Of a stretch of DNA of 64,000 bases, positions 20,406 through 29,310 are shown piece by piece. The notes under the pieces were generated by a model. The model searched no databases. It had not been told where the DNA came from and saw only the letters and a program-made list of their open reading frames with translations. Source of the DNA: an uncultured Gemmatimonadota bacterium. GTDB taxonomy: Bacteria; SM23-81; DAOVCL01. The stretch is from NCBI GenBank assembly GCA_964626665.1, contig CAZVGK010000003.1, forward strand, positions 64,001 through 128,000, read 5' to 3'. The position numbers and the translations under genes were made by a program. Positions within the stretch are counted from its first letter, which is position 1; each line of letters opens with the position of its first letter.

Positions 20406-20527
20406 AAGTTATTTAAAATGTGAAGTTATATTGGTTATTGACCGGTGGGATGGTACGACGAGATCTCAGTCCATAAGCTGTTATGAAACTAATATAAACT
20501 GTTAAGCTATACCCCCTTTTCTCAAGT

Positions 20528-23500
20528 ATGATGGAATTACCGAAGAATCTCGTTCATCAGGTTAGGCAAGGACAGACCGTCCTTTTCTTGGGCGCCGGTG
20601 CAACCATCGGTGCTCAGACACCCGATGAGAAAAAACCACCTCTCGGGAATGAGCTTCGTGACCGGATTGCGGAGCAATTCCTAACTGGCGATTACTCTTC
20701 GGAAAGCCTAGCGTGGGTAGCCGAATTGGCCATCTCGGCCACAGATCTTTTTGAGGTCCAAGACTTCATCGCCGACCAATTTCGTGACCTCAAGCCAGCG
20801 GATTTCCATCTCCTGATTCCAACGTTTAAGTGGCGGGGGCTTGCGACAACTAATTACGATCGCGTCGTCGAAACCGCCTACAATTCCTCGGGCGAGGCGA
20901 TCCAAACGGTCGTGCCATTCCTCTCGAATAAGGATCGAGTCGACGAGAAACTGCGGGACCCATCTTCCGTGGCTCTGCTAAAGTTACATGGTTGCATCAC
21001 TCATACGCATGACGAGCTATTACCTCTAATTCTTACGATGGATCAGTATGCGACCCATGGGAGTGGGCGCACCCGTGTCTTTCAAATGCTGGAAGAGTGG
21101 GGCAGTGAGAATACCATCATTTTCGTGGGGCATACTCTTCACGATCCGAACCTACGGGGCATACTTTTAGATCTAGCTCAAAAGGTACCGTCCCGTCCTC
21201 GGTATTACTTGGTGCGACCTGGTCTAAACGATGTAGAACGCGATTTCTGGAGTAAGAAGCGTATCTCCGTGCTCGACGGTACATTCGAAGATCTGTTGAA
21301 AGCATTGGATACAGCTATAGTGAAGAGCATGCGCCCCTTACTGGCAAAGCTCGAGGCAGACCATCCCGTCCGGCTACGTTTCGTGGTTAAGGACAGACCT
21401 TCTACCGCGCTAATAGAGTTCCTGGCAAATGACTTCGAGTATGTACACGAAGGTGTTCCTAGCACAGCTGGCAATCCTTCCCGCTTCTACTCGGGCTTTG
21501 AACTTGACTGGTATCCAATCCTGAAGGATCTCGATGTGCGCCGAGGGCTTACGAATAAGCTTCTTGAAGATATAGTTTTACGTCCCGAAGAAGATCGCCC
21601 TTCCCAAGTTGAGCTTTATGTAGTCAAGGCGGAAGCTGGTGCAGGCAAGTCGGTTCTTCTTCGGCGAGTCGCTTGGGAAGCCGCTACAAATGCAGGGGTA
21701 CTTTGTCTTCGCCACCGTGGGACAACCCTACCTAGCCTTGAGGCGCTGCGAGAACTTAGTGAGGCCACAAATGAGCGGATTTTCCTTTTTGTTGACAATG
21801 CTGCTGATTACTTATCATTAATACTTAGAATTCTTGAGTTTGCGCGATCAAAAAAACTCCATCTTACCCTAATCACAGCTGAGCGTGTCAACGAATGGAA
21901 TGTCCGTTGCGAGGCTCTCGAGGAGTACCTTTCGGACCAATATCAGCTTCATTACCTGAGCCGGTCGGAGATTGAAACTCTCGTAAGGCTTCTCACAAAG
22001 TACGACTCTCTCGGACCTAACCTCGCAGACAAGACCTTCGAGGAGCAAGTAGGTGAATTCGAAAAAAGGGCAGGTCGTCAGCTTCTAGTAGCACTTCATG
22101 AGGCCACCCAAGGTCGCCCGTTTGAAGAGATACTCCTTGACGAGTACGAGAGTATTATCCCGCCGGAAGCCCAGCGCCTCTATCTCACCGTCTGTGTGCT
22201 TAATAGGCTGAAAGTGCCGGTCAGGGCCGGTTTGATATCCCGGGTCCACGGCATCCCGTTCGAGAAGTTCCGAGAGCGCCTCTTCAGGCCACTCGAGCAT
22301 GTTGTTCATGTAGTCCAACTGCCTTGGGGCGACTATGCTTACCGAGCCCGGCACTCAGAGATTGCTCAGATTGTTTTTGAACAGGTACTCACAGAGTCTA
22401 CGGAGCGGTTTAATGAGTACATCCGTATTGTCCGCGCTCTGAATCCGATCTATTCAGTAGACTACGAGGCCCTAAGGGGTATGCTTCGCGCGAAGTGGGT
22501 CCACGACCTCTTTCCTAGCTATGAGGATGCGAAGGCCATCTACGTTTCAGCGATGGAGATTCTCGGCGATGATGCCTATCTTCTTCAGCAAAGGGCCAAC
22601 TATGAGCGGATACGCCCAAGCGGCAATCTCACTCTTGCTCAAACTCTCCTAAATAAGGCGCGACAGTTGGACCCGTCAGACTTCACGATTGTGCACACTC
22701 TGGCAGAGGTGCTCCGCGCCCGGGCGGAAGCGGCCGATAAGAGACTTGAGCGAGCCCGCTTTCGTAGTGAGGCTCGAGCACTGCTTCAAAATATAACATC
22801 CACTGCACCTGCCGCTCGGTATGCCTCGGTCACGCGGCTCAAGCTTTGTATCGACCGAGTTCGCGATCTACTGACGGACGAATCCTCGACGGACCGCGAC
22901 ATCGATGAGGGAGTGCGCGATGCGGAACGAATCTTCGAAAGCGCGAGGCAGAGGTATCCAGGAGATAAATTTGTGCTTACTGCTGAGTCCGAGTTCGCCA
23001 AGCTCCTAGAGGACCATGAGCGCAGCTTTGAAGCTCTGAAACGAGCGAGAAATTCGAACCCAAGAGATCCGTTCATAGCCTCCCGACTCGCTGCCATATT
23101 GGTGAGCAGGGGGGACAGGAATACGGCACGGGCATACGTCGAGGAAGCTCTTGAAAGCAACCGAGGAGACAAACGGCTAAACTTCCAGTATGCCCAGCTA
23201 CTGAGAGCAGAAACGGAGACACCAGGTGAGGACCTTGCCTATTATTACCGACGAGCCTTCACCAAATGGGACCACAACTACGAATCGCAGTTCTGGTACG
23301 CCCGATTCACATTTGAAAGCAGGGATTCCGGAAAGGTTCGGGAGTCCAAGGAAGTTTTTAGGCATCTCCGTGAGGTCCCGATGTCTTATGATGATCGCAT
23401 CCGTGTACGGGATGCCGTGGGTGGACTAGGTGACCCAAAACAATTCTTTGGCACAATAACCCGAGTTGAGGCTACTCACGGTTTCGTGTCTATCGATGGA

Positions 23501-23650
23501 CGCGGCGATTGTGTATTCTTCTACGAAACCGACGTGGCAAGTGGTGTCTGGAATCATCTTTCGTCTGGGACAAGGGTGGTTTTTGCGATCGGATTCACTT
23601 TGCGCGGTCCAAAAGCTCTTGGGGTGCGGTTGGAAGGGGGAACGGCCTAA
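20528..23650 (+). CDS. SIR2-like NADase + STAND NTPase + TPR + cold-shock/OB domain protein (Avs5-like antiphage protein)
   Basis: SIR2 motifs LFLGAGA, TTNYD, KLHG, FVGHTLHD; Walker A AEAGAGKS; Walker B IFLFVDN; helical repeats; C-terminal GTITRV...HGFV...VFF...GTRVVF...GPKA. Confidence 0.85.
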   Translation: MMELPKNLVHQVRQGQTVLFLGAGATIGAQTPDEKKPPLGNELRDRIAEQFLTGDYSSESLAWVAELAISATDLFEVQDFIADQFRDLKPADFHLLIPTFKWRGLATTNYDRVVETAYNSSGEAIQTVVPFLSNKDRVDEKLRDPSSVALLKLHGCITHTHDELLPLILTMDQYATHGSGRTRVFQMLEEWGSENTIIFVGHTLHDPNLRGILLDLAQKVPSRPRYYLVRPGLNDVERDFWSKKRISVLDGTFEDLLKALDTAIVKSMRPLLAKLEADHPVRLRFVVKDRPSTALIEFLANDFEYVHEGVPSTAGNPSRFYSGFELDWYPILKDLDVRRGLTNKLLEDIVLRPEEDRPSQVELYVVKAEAGAGKSVLLRRVAWEAATNAGVLCLRHRGTTLPSLEALRELSEATNERIFLFVDNAADYLSLILRILEFARSKKLHLTLITAERVNEWNVRCEALEEYLSDQYQLHYLSRSEIETLVRLLTKYDSLGPNLADKTFEEQVGEFEKRAGRQLLVALHEATQGRPFEEILLDEYESIIPPEAQRLYLTVCVLNRLKVPVRAGLISRVHGIPFEKFRERLFRPLEHVVHVVQLPWGDYAYRARHSEIAQIVFEQVLTESTERFNEYIRIVRALNPIYSVDYEALRGMLRAKWVHDLFPSYEDAKAIYVSAMEILGDDAYLLQQRANYERIRPSGNLTLAQTLLNKARQLDPSDFTIVHTLAEVLRARAEAADKRLERARFRSEARALLQNITSTAPAARYASVTRLKLCIDRVRDLLTDESSTDRDIDEGVRDAERIFESARQRYPGDKFVLTAESEFAKLLEDHERSFEALKRARNSNPRDPFIASRLAAILVSRGDRNTARAYVEEALESNRGDKRLNFQYAQLLRAETETPGEDLAYYYRRAFTKWDHNYESQFWYARFTFESRDSGKVRESKEVFRHLREVPMSYDDRIRVRDAVGGLGDPKQFFGTITRVEATHGFVSIDGRGDCVFFYETDVASGVWNHLSSGTRVVFAIGFTLRGPKALGVRLEGGTA

Positions 23651-23707
23651 TCAGCAGCTGAAGTCTAGCGCAGCTTGCCGCTACCCTGCTTAATCGCAGT
23701 GTTACGC
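23645..23707 (+). other. Degenerate integron attC-like site
   Basis: GCCTAAT overlaps the stop codon, then GCTGAAG, CTTAAT and GTTACGC; 63-bp imperfect palindrome. Confidence 0.55.
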
Positions 23708-23890
23708 ATCGCATTGGCGGGTTATCGGATTCACAAAGTCAACGTTTACTGTTTCCCAGTATCTCCCTTGTGGGAATCGATGAGTTACTTCTTGGAGTAT
23801 TATACCTCATTGAAGTGATGGCACTCTTTAAGGAGGGTTCTGGCATCGTGTATGAGCTACTGTAGGTCAGCGGGTAGCTACTCATCTTGC

Positions 23891-24481
23891 CTACTTAACC
23901 CAGATATCCCCATGGCTGCGGAGAGAATATTTCCTTCCCTTGTGCTCAGCCTCCACCGCAAAGATGCAGCGGTAGACCCCACCATAAATCCTATCTCCCC
24001 AATAACCTCTTAAATCCCATTTAACCCTATGAAAACCAGCGGGCCGAGCTCCATCAAGGAGTATGGTCACCGTATTCAGCTTATCATCAATAATGGCCAT
24101 AAAGACCCAGGAACTTATGGGCAGGCCATAGGCAATGGTCACAGTATCAGTGGTTGGGTTGGGATATGCAGCATGAATCGAGAAAACCGCGGGCACAGGA
24201 ACTATTTCAAAGGTATCTGATGAAGAATATTCTGGCGGACTGGGAGAAGGACCAATTAACCCTTCATAGGGCCAATTAGAATCCCAATGCCAGTCGTTAG
24301 GGTCAACGGGTCCATTTATGTTGCCTCTGCTATCAGTGAAAGTGATTCCTTTAAAACCGGGGTTGAAAAGCGTAGGATCAAAAGGTTCCTTCTTGCCACA
24401 TCCACCCAAACCAAGGAGGAGGAGGAGAACAAGAGCTGTCCGCCAAATTGATCCTCCAATCCGATTATCAGCCTTAGCCAT
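23891..24481 (-). CDS. Lipoprotein with FlgD-Ig/CTD-like domain
   Basis: Lipobox LLLGLGGC; AAYPNP...PAGFHRVKWD...GVYR. Confidence 0.75.
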   Translation of the reverse strand: MAKADNRIGGSIWRTALVLLLLLGLGGCGKKEPFDPTLFNPGFKGITFTDSRGNINGPVDPNDWHWDSNWPYEGLIGPSPSPPEYSSSDTFEIVPVPAVFSIHAAYPNPTTDTVTIAYGLPISSWVFMAIIDDKLNTVTILLDGARPAGFHRVKWDLRGYWGDRIYGGVYRCIFAVEAEHKGRKYSLRSHGDIWVK

Positions 24482-24984
24482 TATTGGAAATAGAAGTGAA
24501 GAAAACCCAGACTGGCTGTCGAAACTACAGTCGAATTGTAGGGAAAACCATTGGGAGAGAAGTCCTCATCTGTCTTCCAAATGTTAAGCTGGAGCTCACC
24601 TCCTACACTAAAGCGGCCACCAAAGAACTTCTCCATCCCGATCAATATCCCTCCGCCATAGTCACTATAGTCTTTTAGCCTCATCATCTCAAACAGGAAG
24701 CCAAGATAAGGGGAGCAATCACCCTCTGAAAAATGCTGCAGGTAGTCAATGCCAATACCTCACTCAGTGGTAGCCCCTCCGTGCTTGGGTTTAACCTGAT
24801 AAAAGGTCCCTCCCAGTTCCAGGGCGGAGCGGGAGCTCAGCCAATACTTGAAATTGTAACCAGATGCAGGAGGGGAGAGAAGAACTCCCATCCCCATCTT
24901 TCCACCTTTTCCTTGGCCATTTGCCTGGGGAACGGTTAAAATGGCCAATATCAATACGGACAAAAAGGCAAATAGCTTTGCCAT
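24481..24984 (-). pseudogene. Small outer-membrane beta-barrel-like protein interrupted by an in-frame TGA
   Basis: ORFs 24760-25095 and 24481-24687 are in the same frame: ...GGATTE*GIGIDYLQHF... Signal peptide after AGGAGG; ends LHFYFQ; its stop overlaps the next ATG (TAATG). Confidence 0.7.
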
Positions 24985-25147
24985 CGTTTTCCTCCTTTTT
25001 TGGTTAAGGTTGAAAGCATCAATTCCAATGAGACCTTGGTCAACAACCTCCTTTCCTAACCAAGGGATTTTGCACATTGGAACCGTTTGCGCCACAACGA
25101 AATCTAGCCCACAATTTTTGTTTTCACCCTCAAGTCCTGCCTCCTTC

Positions 25148-25210
25148 GGGTCGGATGAATCCGACCCCTACATCTCAAGCCTTTGTAGGGGTTCGATTTA
25201 TCAAACCCGG
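25148..25210. repeat. GTAG-type REP doublet
   Basis: GGGTCGGATGAATCCGACCCCTAC followed by GTAGGGGTTCGATTTATCAAACCC. Confidence 0.6.
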
Positions 25211-25236
25211 GGAATCTCCTAATCATAGGAATGACG

Positions 25237-25720
25237 CTATTTTGACCTCTGAATCCCAGAGAATGCCATCACCAACCCAAAGGTAAACCAGAGAAGCATA
25301 CCATCCTCGGCATCGGTGTAGTAACATTGAAATAGACTGGCCAGGAAGAAGGCCACTGCTGAGGAGAAACCACCCAGAAACAGAGAATGGGAGATCCGCC
25401 GGTAGCCTTTAAGCGATGCCCACCAAAAAGCCCACCAGATCCAGAGAAATCCCAACATCCCCAAGCCCCCGGCATTAACTCCCACATTGAGCAAATCATT
25501 GTGGGAGTGGCTGATGGAGTCATAATATCAAGGGACCTTGTATTGGTTAAAGAACCTCTTGAAGTTGTCCAACCCAACCCCTAACAGGGGATGGTCTTTG
25601 ATCATCCGCCAAGAGGTTTGCCAGAGCCTCACCCGGGTTCCGCTGCTCGGGGTATTTAGATCTGCGGCATTTTTAATCCTCTCCCTGAAGGTTAATAGGA
25701 CCAGGGTGCGCCTACCAAAA
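25237..25720 (-). pseudogene. O-antigen ligase (WaaL/Wzy_C) C-terminal fragment with an in-frame TGA
   Basis: RVRLWQTSWRMIKDHPLLGVGLDNF...KVP*YYDSISHSHNDLL...GGLG. The N-terminal half is missing; the 5' boundary is approximate. Confidence 0.8.
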
Positions 25721-25963
25721 GCGGATAAGAAAGAGTGCCGAATAAGGTAGAGATACACAGGGTTTAGCTCCCTTGGAAGAGAAGAACCAATTCGATCTGT
25801 AAGGGATATGGATTTTTAAACTCCAACAGGTGCAAGAGCGAGCATAGACTTATGAACTGGCTAAAGGTAGTCATCAATAAAGCGTTTTTACCTTATTCCT
25901 GAAATTATCCGCGTGCTGGATACCTCAAAATATAGATTCTCACCATCAATGGCAATAGATCCG

Positions 25964-27124
25964 TCATACACTTTTGGACGAGTTCAAATTTTTTATTGCA
26001 TCCAAAAGTTTTTGGGCTCGATTTTCCCAAAGATATTTCTCTGCCATAGTATATATTTTTTTACTCATTCTTTCTAGAAAATCATTATGTGTGTAGAGAA
26101 AATCGATTTCTTGAGCTAATTCTTTCAGATTATTTGGCTTAAAGAAAAGCCCTGTTTCGTTTTCTTTGATCAGTTCACGCATTGTCGGAAGATCTGAAGA
26201 GAGGACAGGGATGCTGTAACTATAAAAATCAAATAATTTTAACGGGGAAGTCAGAAATCGATTAAAAAATGTATCCTGTAACGGGATAACACCAATTTTA
26301 ATCTTTGTTAGATATCGTTCAAGCTGGGGGCGACGGAGCCAGCCCGTAATTTCTACTTTTTCTTTTCGATAATATTTTTCGGCCAGTGCGTTATATTCAT
26401 CGATTTCCTCATTATTTTTTCCACCAAGAATCAAAATTGACGGTTGGGTTTGACTAAGAGCCGCAGATTGCAAAAGATTTGCTACTCCCTTATGGGCATT
26501 TAAAGAACCGATATAACCTAAATATTTTCTTTCAGATATATCAGAATGTTCAACGTAAGAAAGTCCAGTTCGAGCAATAATAAATTTTTGATTAGGAAAA
26601 TATCTTTCATACAGCATTTTTTGTGCTTTTTGTAAACAGATAACCCCGCTAATATGCGGGATATATCTTTGCTCATATGTGCTCCTTTTTCTTTTCTTTT
26701 TGATATTAATATCATCTCGAATGGATAGGTCAGCATAAAAATCGTGGGTTTCAAAAAAAGTCGGTATCCCAAATCTCTCTTTTAGTTTAGCTAAATAAGG
26801 TAGAAAAGTCGTGTTCCGAGAAATAACGGCATCAAGTTCATTATGTGATATTAATTCTTTAAGCTTTCGAAAAACTTTCTGGAAGAAAAAACAATTTGTG
26901 TTGATTATTCTTGTATTCTTTAGTTGATAAATAGTTAAATTATTTGGTTGTAACATATTAAAATATTTTTTCAAAATTTCAGAGGAAGAACTTGGGGAAT
27001 TTCTTTTGATGAAGAAATAACAGTGCCCAGACACCGCTGCCAAACCAATCGCATTTAAGGTAGCAAAAGTTACGCTCGGAGAATGCGATGGCCATAAACC
27101 GGTGTGAACATATGCGATTTTCAT
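25964..27124 (-). CDS. Glycosyltransferase family 4
   Basis: YIGSL..HKG, SPLKLFDF, IPVLSSD, ETGLFF; AT-rich. Confidence 0.85.
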   Translation of the reverse strand: MKIAYVHTGLWPSHSPSVTFATLNAIGLAAVSGHCYFFIKRNSPSSSSEILKKYFNMLQPNNLTIYQLKNTRIINTNCFFFQKVFRKLKELISHNELDAVISRNTTFLPYLAKLKERFGIPTFFETHDFYADLSIRDDINIKKKRKRSTYEQRYIPHISGVICLQKAQKMLYERYFPNQKFIIARTGLSYVEHSDISERKYLGYIGSLNAHKGVANLLQSAALSQTQPSILILGGKNNEEIDEYNALAEKYYRKEKVEITGWLRRPQLERYLTKIKIGVIPLQDTFFNRFLTSPLKLFDFYSYSIPVLSSDLPTMRELIKENETGLFFKPNNLKELAQEIDFLYTHNDFLERMSKKIYTMAEKYLWENRAQKLLDAIKNLNSSKSV

Positions 27125-27136
27125 AGTTCTCCTTCT

Positions 27137-28123
27137 TTAAGAGTTGTATCTTCGTTTTATAAGAGCATAGCCTATTTCTCGGGATTTGTCATCCCGAGAA
27201 AATTTTCTCATCTCTTTTTTAAATTTTTTGACTCCAGGGAATCTCTTAGTAACATATCTATTCATCAGTGAACTTCTATCTTTTTTGGCCTTCAGTTTAT
27301 TTCTGTTTGAAGTGTAATCATGATAAATAACGGCTTGTGGGTAATATATCAGAGAATACTTCCCGTATCTGCACCCAATCCGATAAGATAATTCTAACCC
27401 CTCATGCCCAAATAACAGAGGGTTCATTCCGTTCATCTCCATATAAACATTCTTATTAAAGGCAGAATTGCCTTCTACATTAATAACCGAAGGAATAGGG
27501 ATCGGCCCCAGGTCATAATGCTTAACCGACGGGGCAACCCCATCCTCCGTCTTAGGGAAAACTCTGCCCCTTAATCCAACAATATCATATCTACGGAAAG
27601 CTTCGATAATGGAGGAAACATAGGTGCTTGCTGCACGAGCATCATCGTCCAAGAAAGCTACGATCGCACCCTTGGCGAAATAGACACCTATATTTCTCCC
27701 CTCAGATAAGATTAGGTTCTGAGGAGATTTAACATAGAGTATATCTGAAGTCATCAAATTCCTTTCAATAGATTCATTTTGGCCATTGTCTACAACAATA
27801 ATTTCAAATCTGTCTGGAACCAGGGGAAGGAGAGAGTCCAGACAGTTCAATAGAAGCTCATTGCTCTGGTAGGTGACGATAACTACGGATAGAATCGGTT
27901 GGTTGACTCCTCGGTTATCCCTCTTTGATAAGAGCTCATAGTTAATATGGTCTCGATATAATTTCATAAATCTTTCTGCTTCGGAGAATTTTTGGGCAGA
28001 GAATCGCTGGATTGCCAATCCAAAATTGTGTAAAGCAAATTGTTGAGGCTCTTGAGAGTTCTCTGGTAAGCTCCTGTTTTTGTTCTTGGTAAAACTTTTC
28101 AATTTTGTCCACATATCCATCAT
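27137..28123 (-). CDS. Glycosyltransferase family 2
   Basis: SVVIVTY, IIVVDNG, RNIG, FLDDD. Confidence 0.85.
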   Translation of the reverse strand: MMDMWTKLKSFTKNKNRSLPENSQEPQQFALHNFGLAIQRFSAQKFSEAERFMKLYRDHINYELLSKRDNRGVNQPILSVVIVTYQSNELLLNCLDSLLPLVPDRFEIIVVDNGQNESIERNLMTSDILYVKSPQNLILSEGRNIGVYFAKGAIVAFLDDDARAASTYVSSIIEAFRRYDIVGLRGRVFPKTEDGVAPSVKHYDLGPIPIPSVINVEGNSAFNKNVYMEMNGMNPLLFGHEGLELSYRIGCRYGKYSLIYYPQAVIYHDYTSNRNKLKAKKDRSSLMNRYVTKRFPGVKKFKKEMRKFSRDDKSREIGYALIKRRYNS

Positions 28124-28368
28124 TACTCACAGGACATTATAGTTTGCCCATGGGCAGCTTTAATTATAATAACCAGGTCTGTTCCAAAGCGTGAAGGATG
28201 GAGCAAGGCGAAACAACTTCACTCCACCAAGACTTCTATTGCACTTTAGTACAGGGTTAGGACCTTTGGCTGAAGCCCAAAAAAAAAGGTTGATTGCTGT
28301 TCTGGCAAAGACATGTAATATGCTTTTCGCTCGCATTAGTAACTCCCCCCACAAAAGTGCTTGTTCCT

Positions 28369-29310
28369 TTAACCCTCAATCCAGTTCCATGAAGTTAAAA
28401 GATGCCTTATGAACTCTTCATGGCGATCTTTCCCAATACCTATCTTTTGCCAAAGGCTATTTTTATCCCTGTAATAACCATTTGCAGCCTTATAAATTGG
28501 GCTGGACAAATCACCGTAAATGACGCTCATTTCGGTGACAAGCCATTTGCCTTCATAATCCCTCAAAATATCATACGACATAACCTCAAAGTTCATCTGT
28601 TCATTGGCCCTCGCCCCTAAGTCTAATACTTCAACGGGAATTTCAGAAGTATCAAATAGACCACTCCCACTGGCAAAGGGACTTTTATCCCTGTTGGGTC
28701 TAAAAAATCCATAAATTACTCTATTGCCATAGCAAACGATCCTATAGTCACCCTGATTGTCGCCAAGAAATTCCTGAAAATAGACATAACCCTTTTGGAC
28801 TTCATTTTTAAAATAGGTCTTAATCCCCTTATTGAATACCCTTCTTATGTATTTCATAGCTGTTTTTGGATCTTCCAACAACCCCACATTTGAACTGCCA
28901 GCGCCATGCGCACATTTGTATACAAGCGGATATCTCGTTTGCTGGGCAAATGCTACAGCTTCATCTTGATTAAAAAAAATGTAGGTCTTGGGAGTGGGAA
29001 TATGATGTCTGGTAAAAAGGTAGTACTGCGCAATTTTGTCATCATAATGCCAGTATGACCTCCAGTCAGGATATGTAGGAATTTTAAATTCCTGGCCAAA
29101 GAAATAGATAAAACGCTTAGCCAGATTCTTGATAACAGGATCATGTTTGGCTCGCCAAATAAAACTGTCAAAATTTTCTGAAAATAATCTATCCTGCTCG
29201 GACTTTCTCCAAATATCAAGGAGGCAAACCTGAAAGCTATAGCGTCTAAGAATTCTCTCATAGATTTGCCAAAATCTCATTTTATCCTTGACTAATGCGA
29301 TCTTCCTCAT
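28369..29310 (-). CDS. ATP-grasp ligase, RimK-like
   Basis: DDK...IPTPKT, YPLVYK..GAGSSNV, FQEFL, DYRI, YDIL, VTE. Confidence 0.8.
   Translation of the reverse strand: MRKIALVKDKMRFWQIYERILRRYSFQVCLLDIWRKSEQDRLFSENFDSFIWRAKHDPVIKNLAKRFIYFFGQEFKIPTYPDWRSYWHYDDKIAQYYLFTRHHIPTPKTYIFFNQDEAVAFAQQTRYPLVYKCAHGAGSSNVGLLEDPKTAMKYIRRVFNKGIKTYFKNEVQKGYVYFQEFLGDNQGDYRIVCYGNRVIYGFFRPNRDKSPFASGSGLFDTSEIPVEVLDLGARANEQMNFEVMSYDILRDYEGKWLVTEMSVIYGDLSSPIYKAANGYYRDKNSLWQKIGIGKDRHEEFIRHLLTSWNWIEG

Larger units (their letters stand above)
19768..23919. mobile_element. Genomic island bounded by 33-bp direct repeats (attL/attR-like)
   Basis: TTGCTCACTTAACCCAGATATCCCCATAGCTGC (19768-19800) vs TTGCCTACTTAACCCAGATATCCCCATGGCTGC (23887-23919), 30/33 identical. 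The cargo gene is on the opposite strand to its neighbours and is CG-dinucleotide-rich. Confidence 0.8.

Noticed and set aside
24481-25720. Alternative genetic code (TGA = Gly/Trp)
   Set aside because: TGA is the genuine stop of conserved genes here (gcvH, gcvPA, gcvPB, STAS, xdh Mo subunit), several in ATGA overlaps.
28124-28368. 245-bp gap inside the AT-rich block as an IS remnant
   Set aside because: No terminal repeats or transposase motif could be supported.
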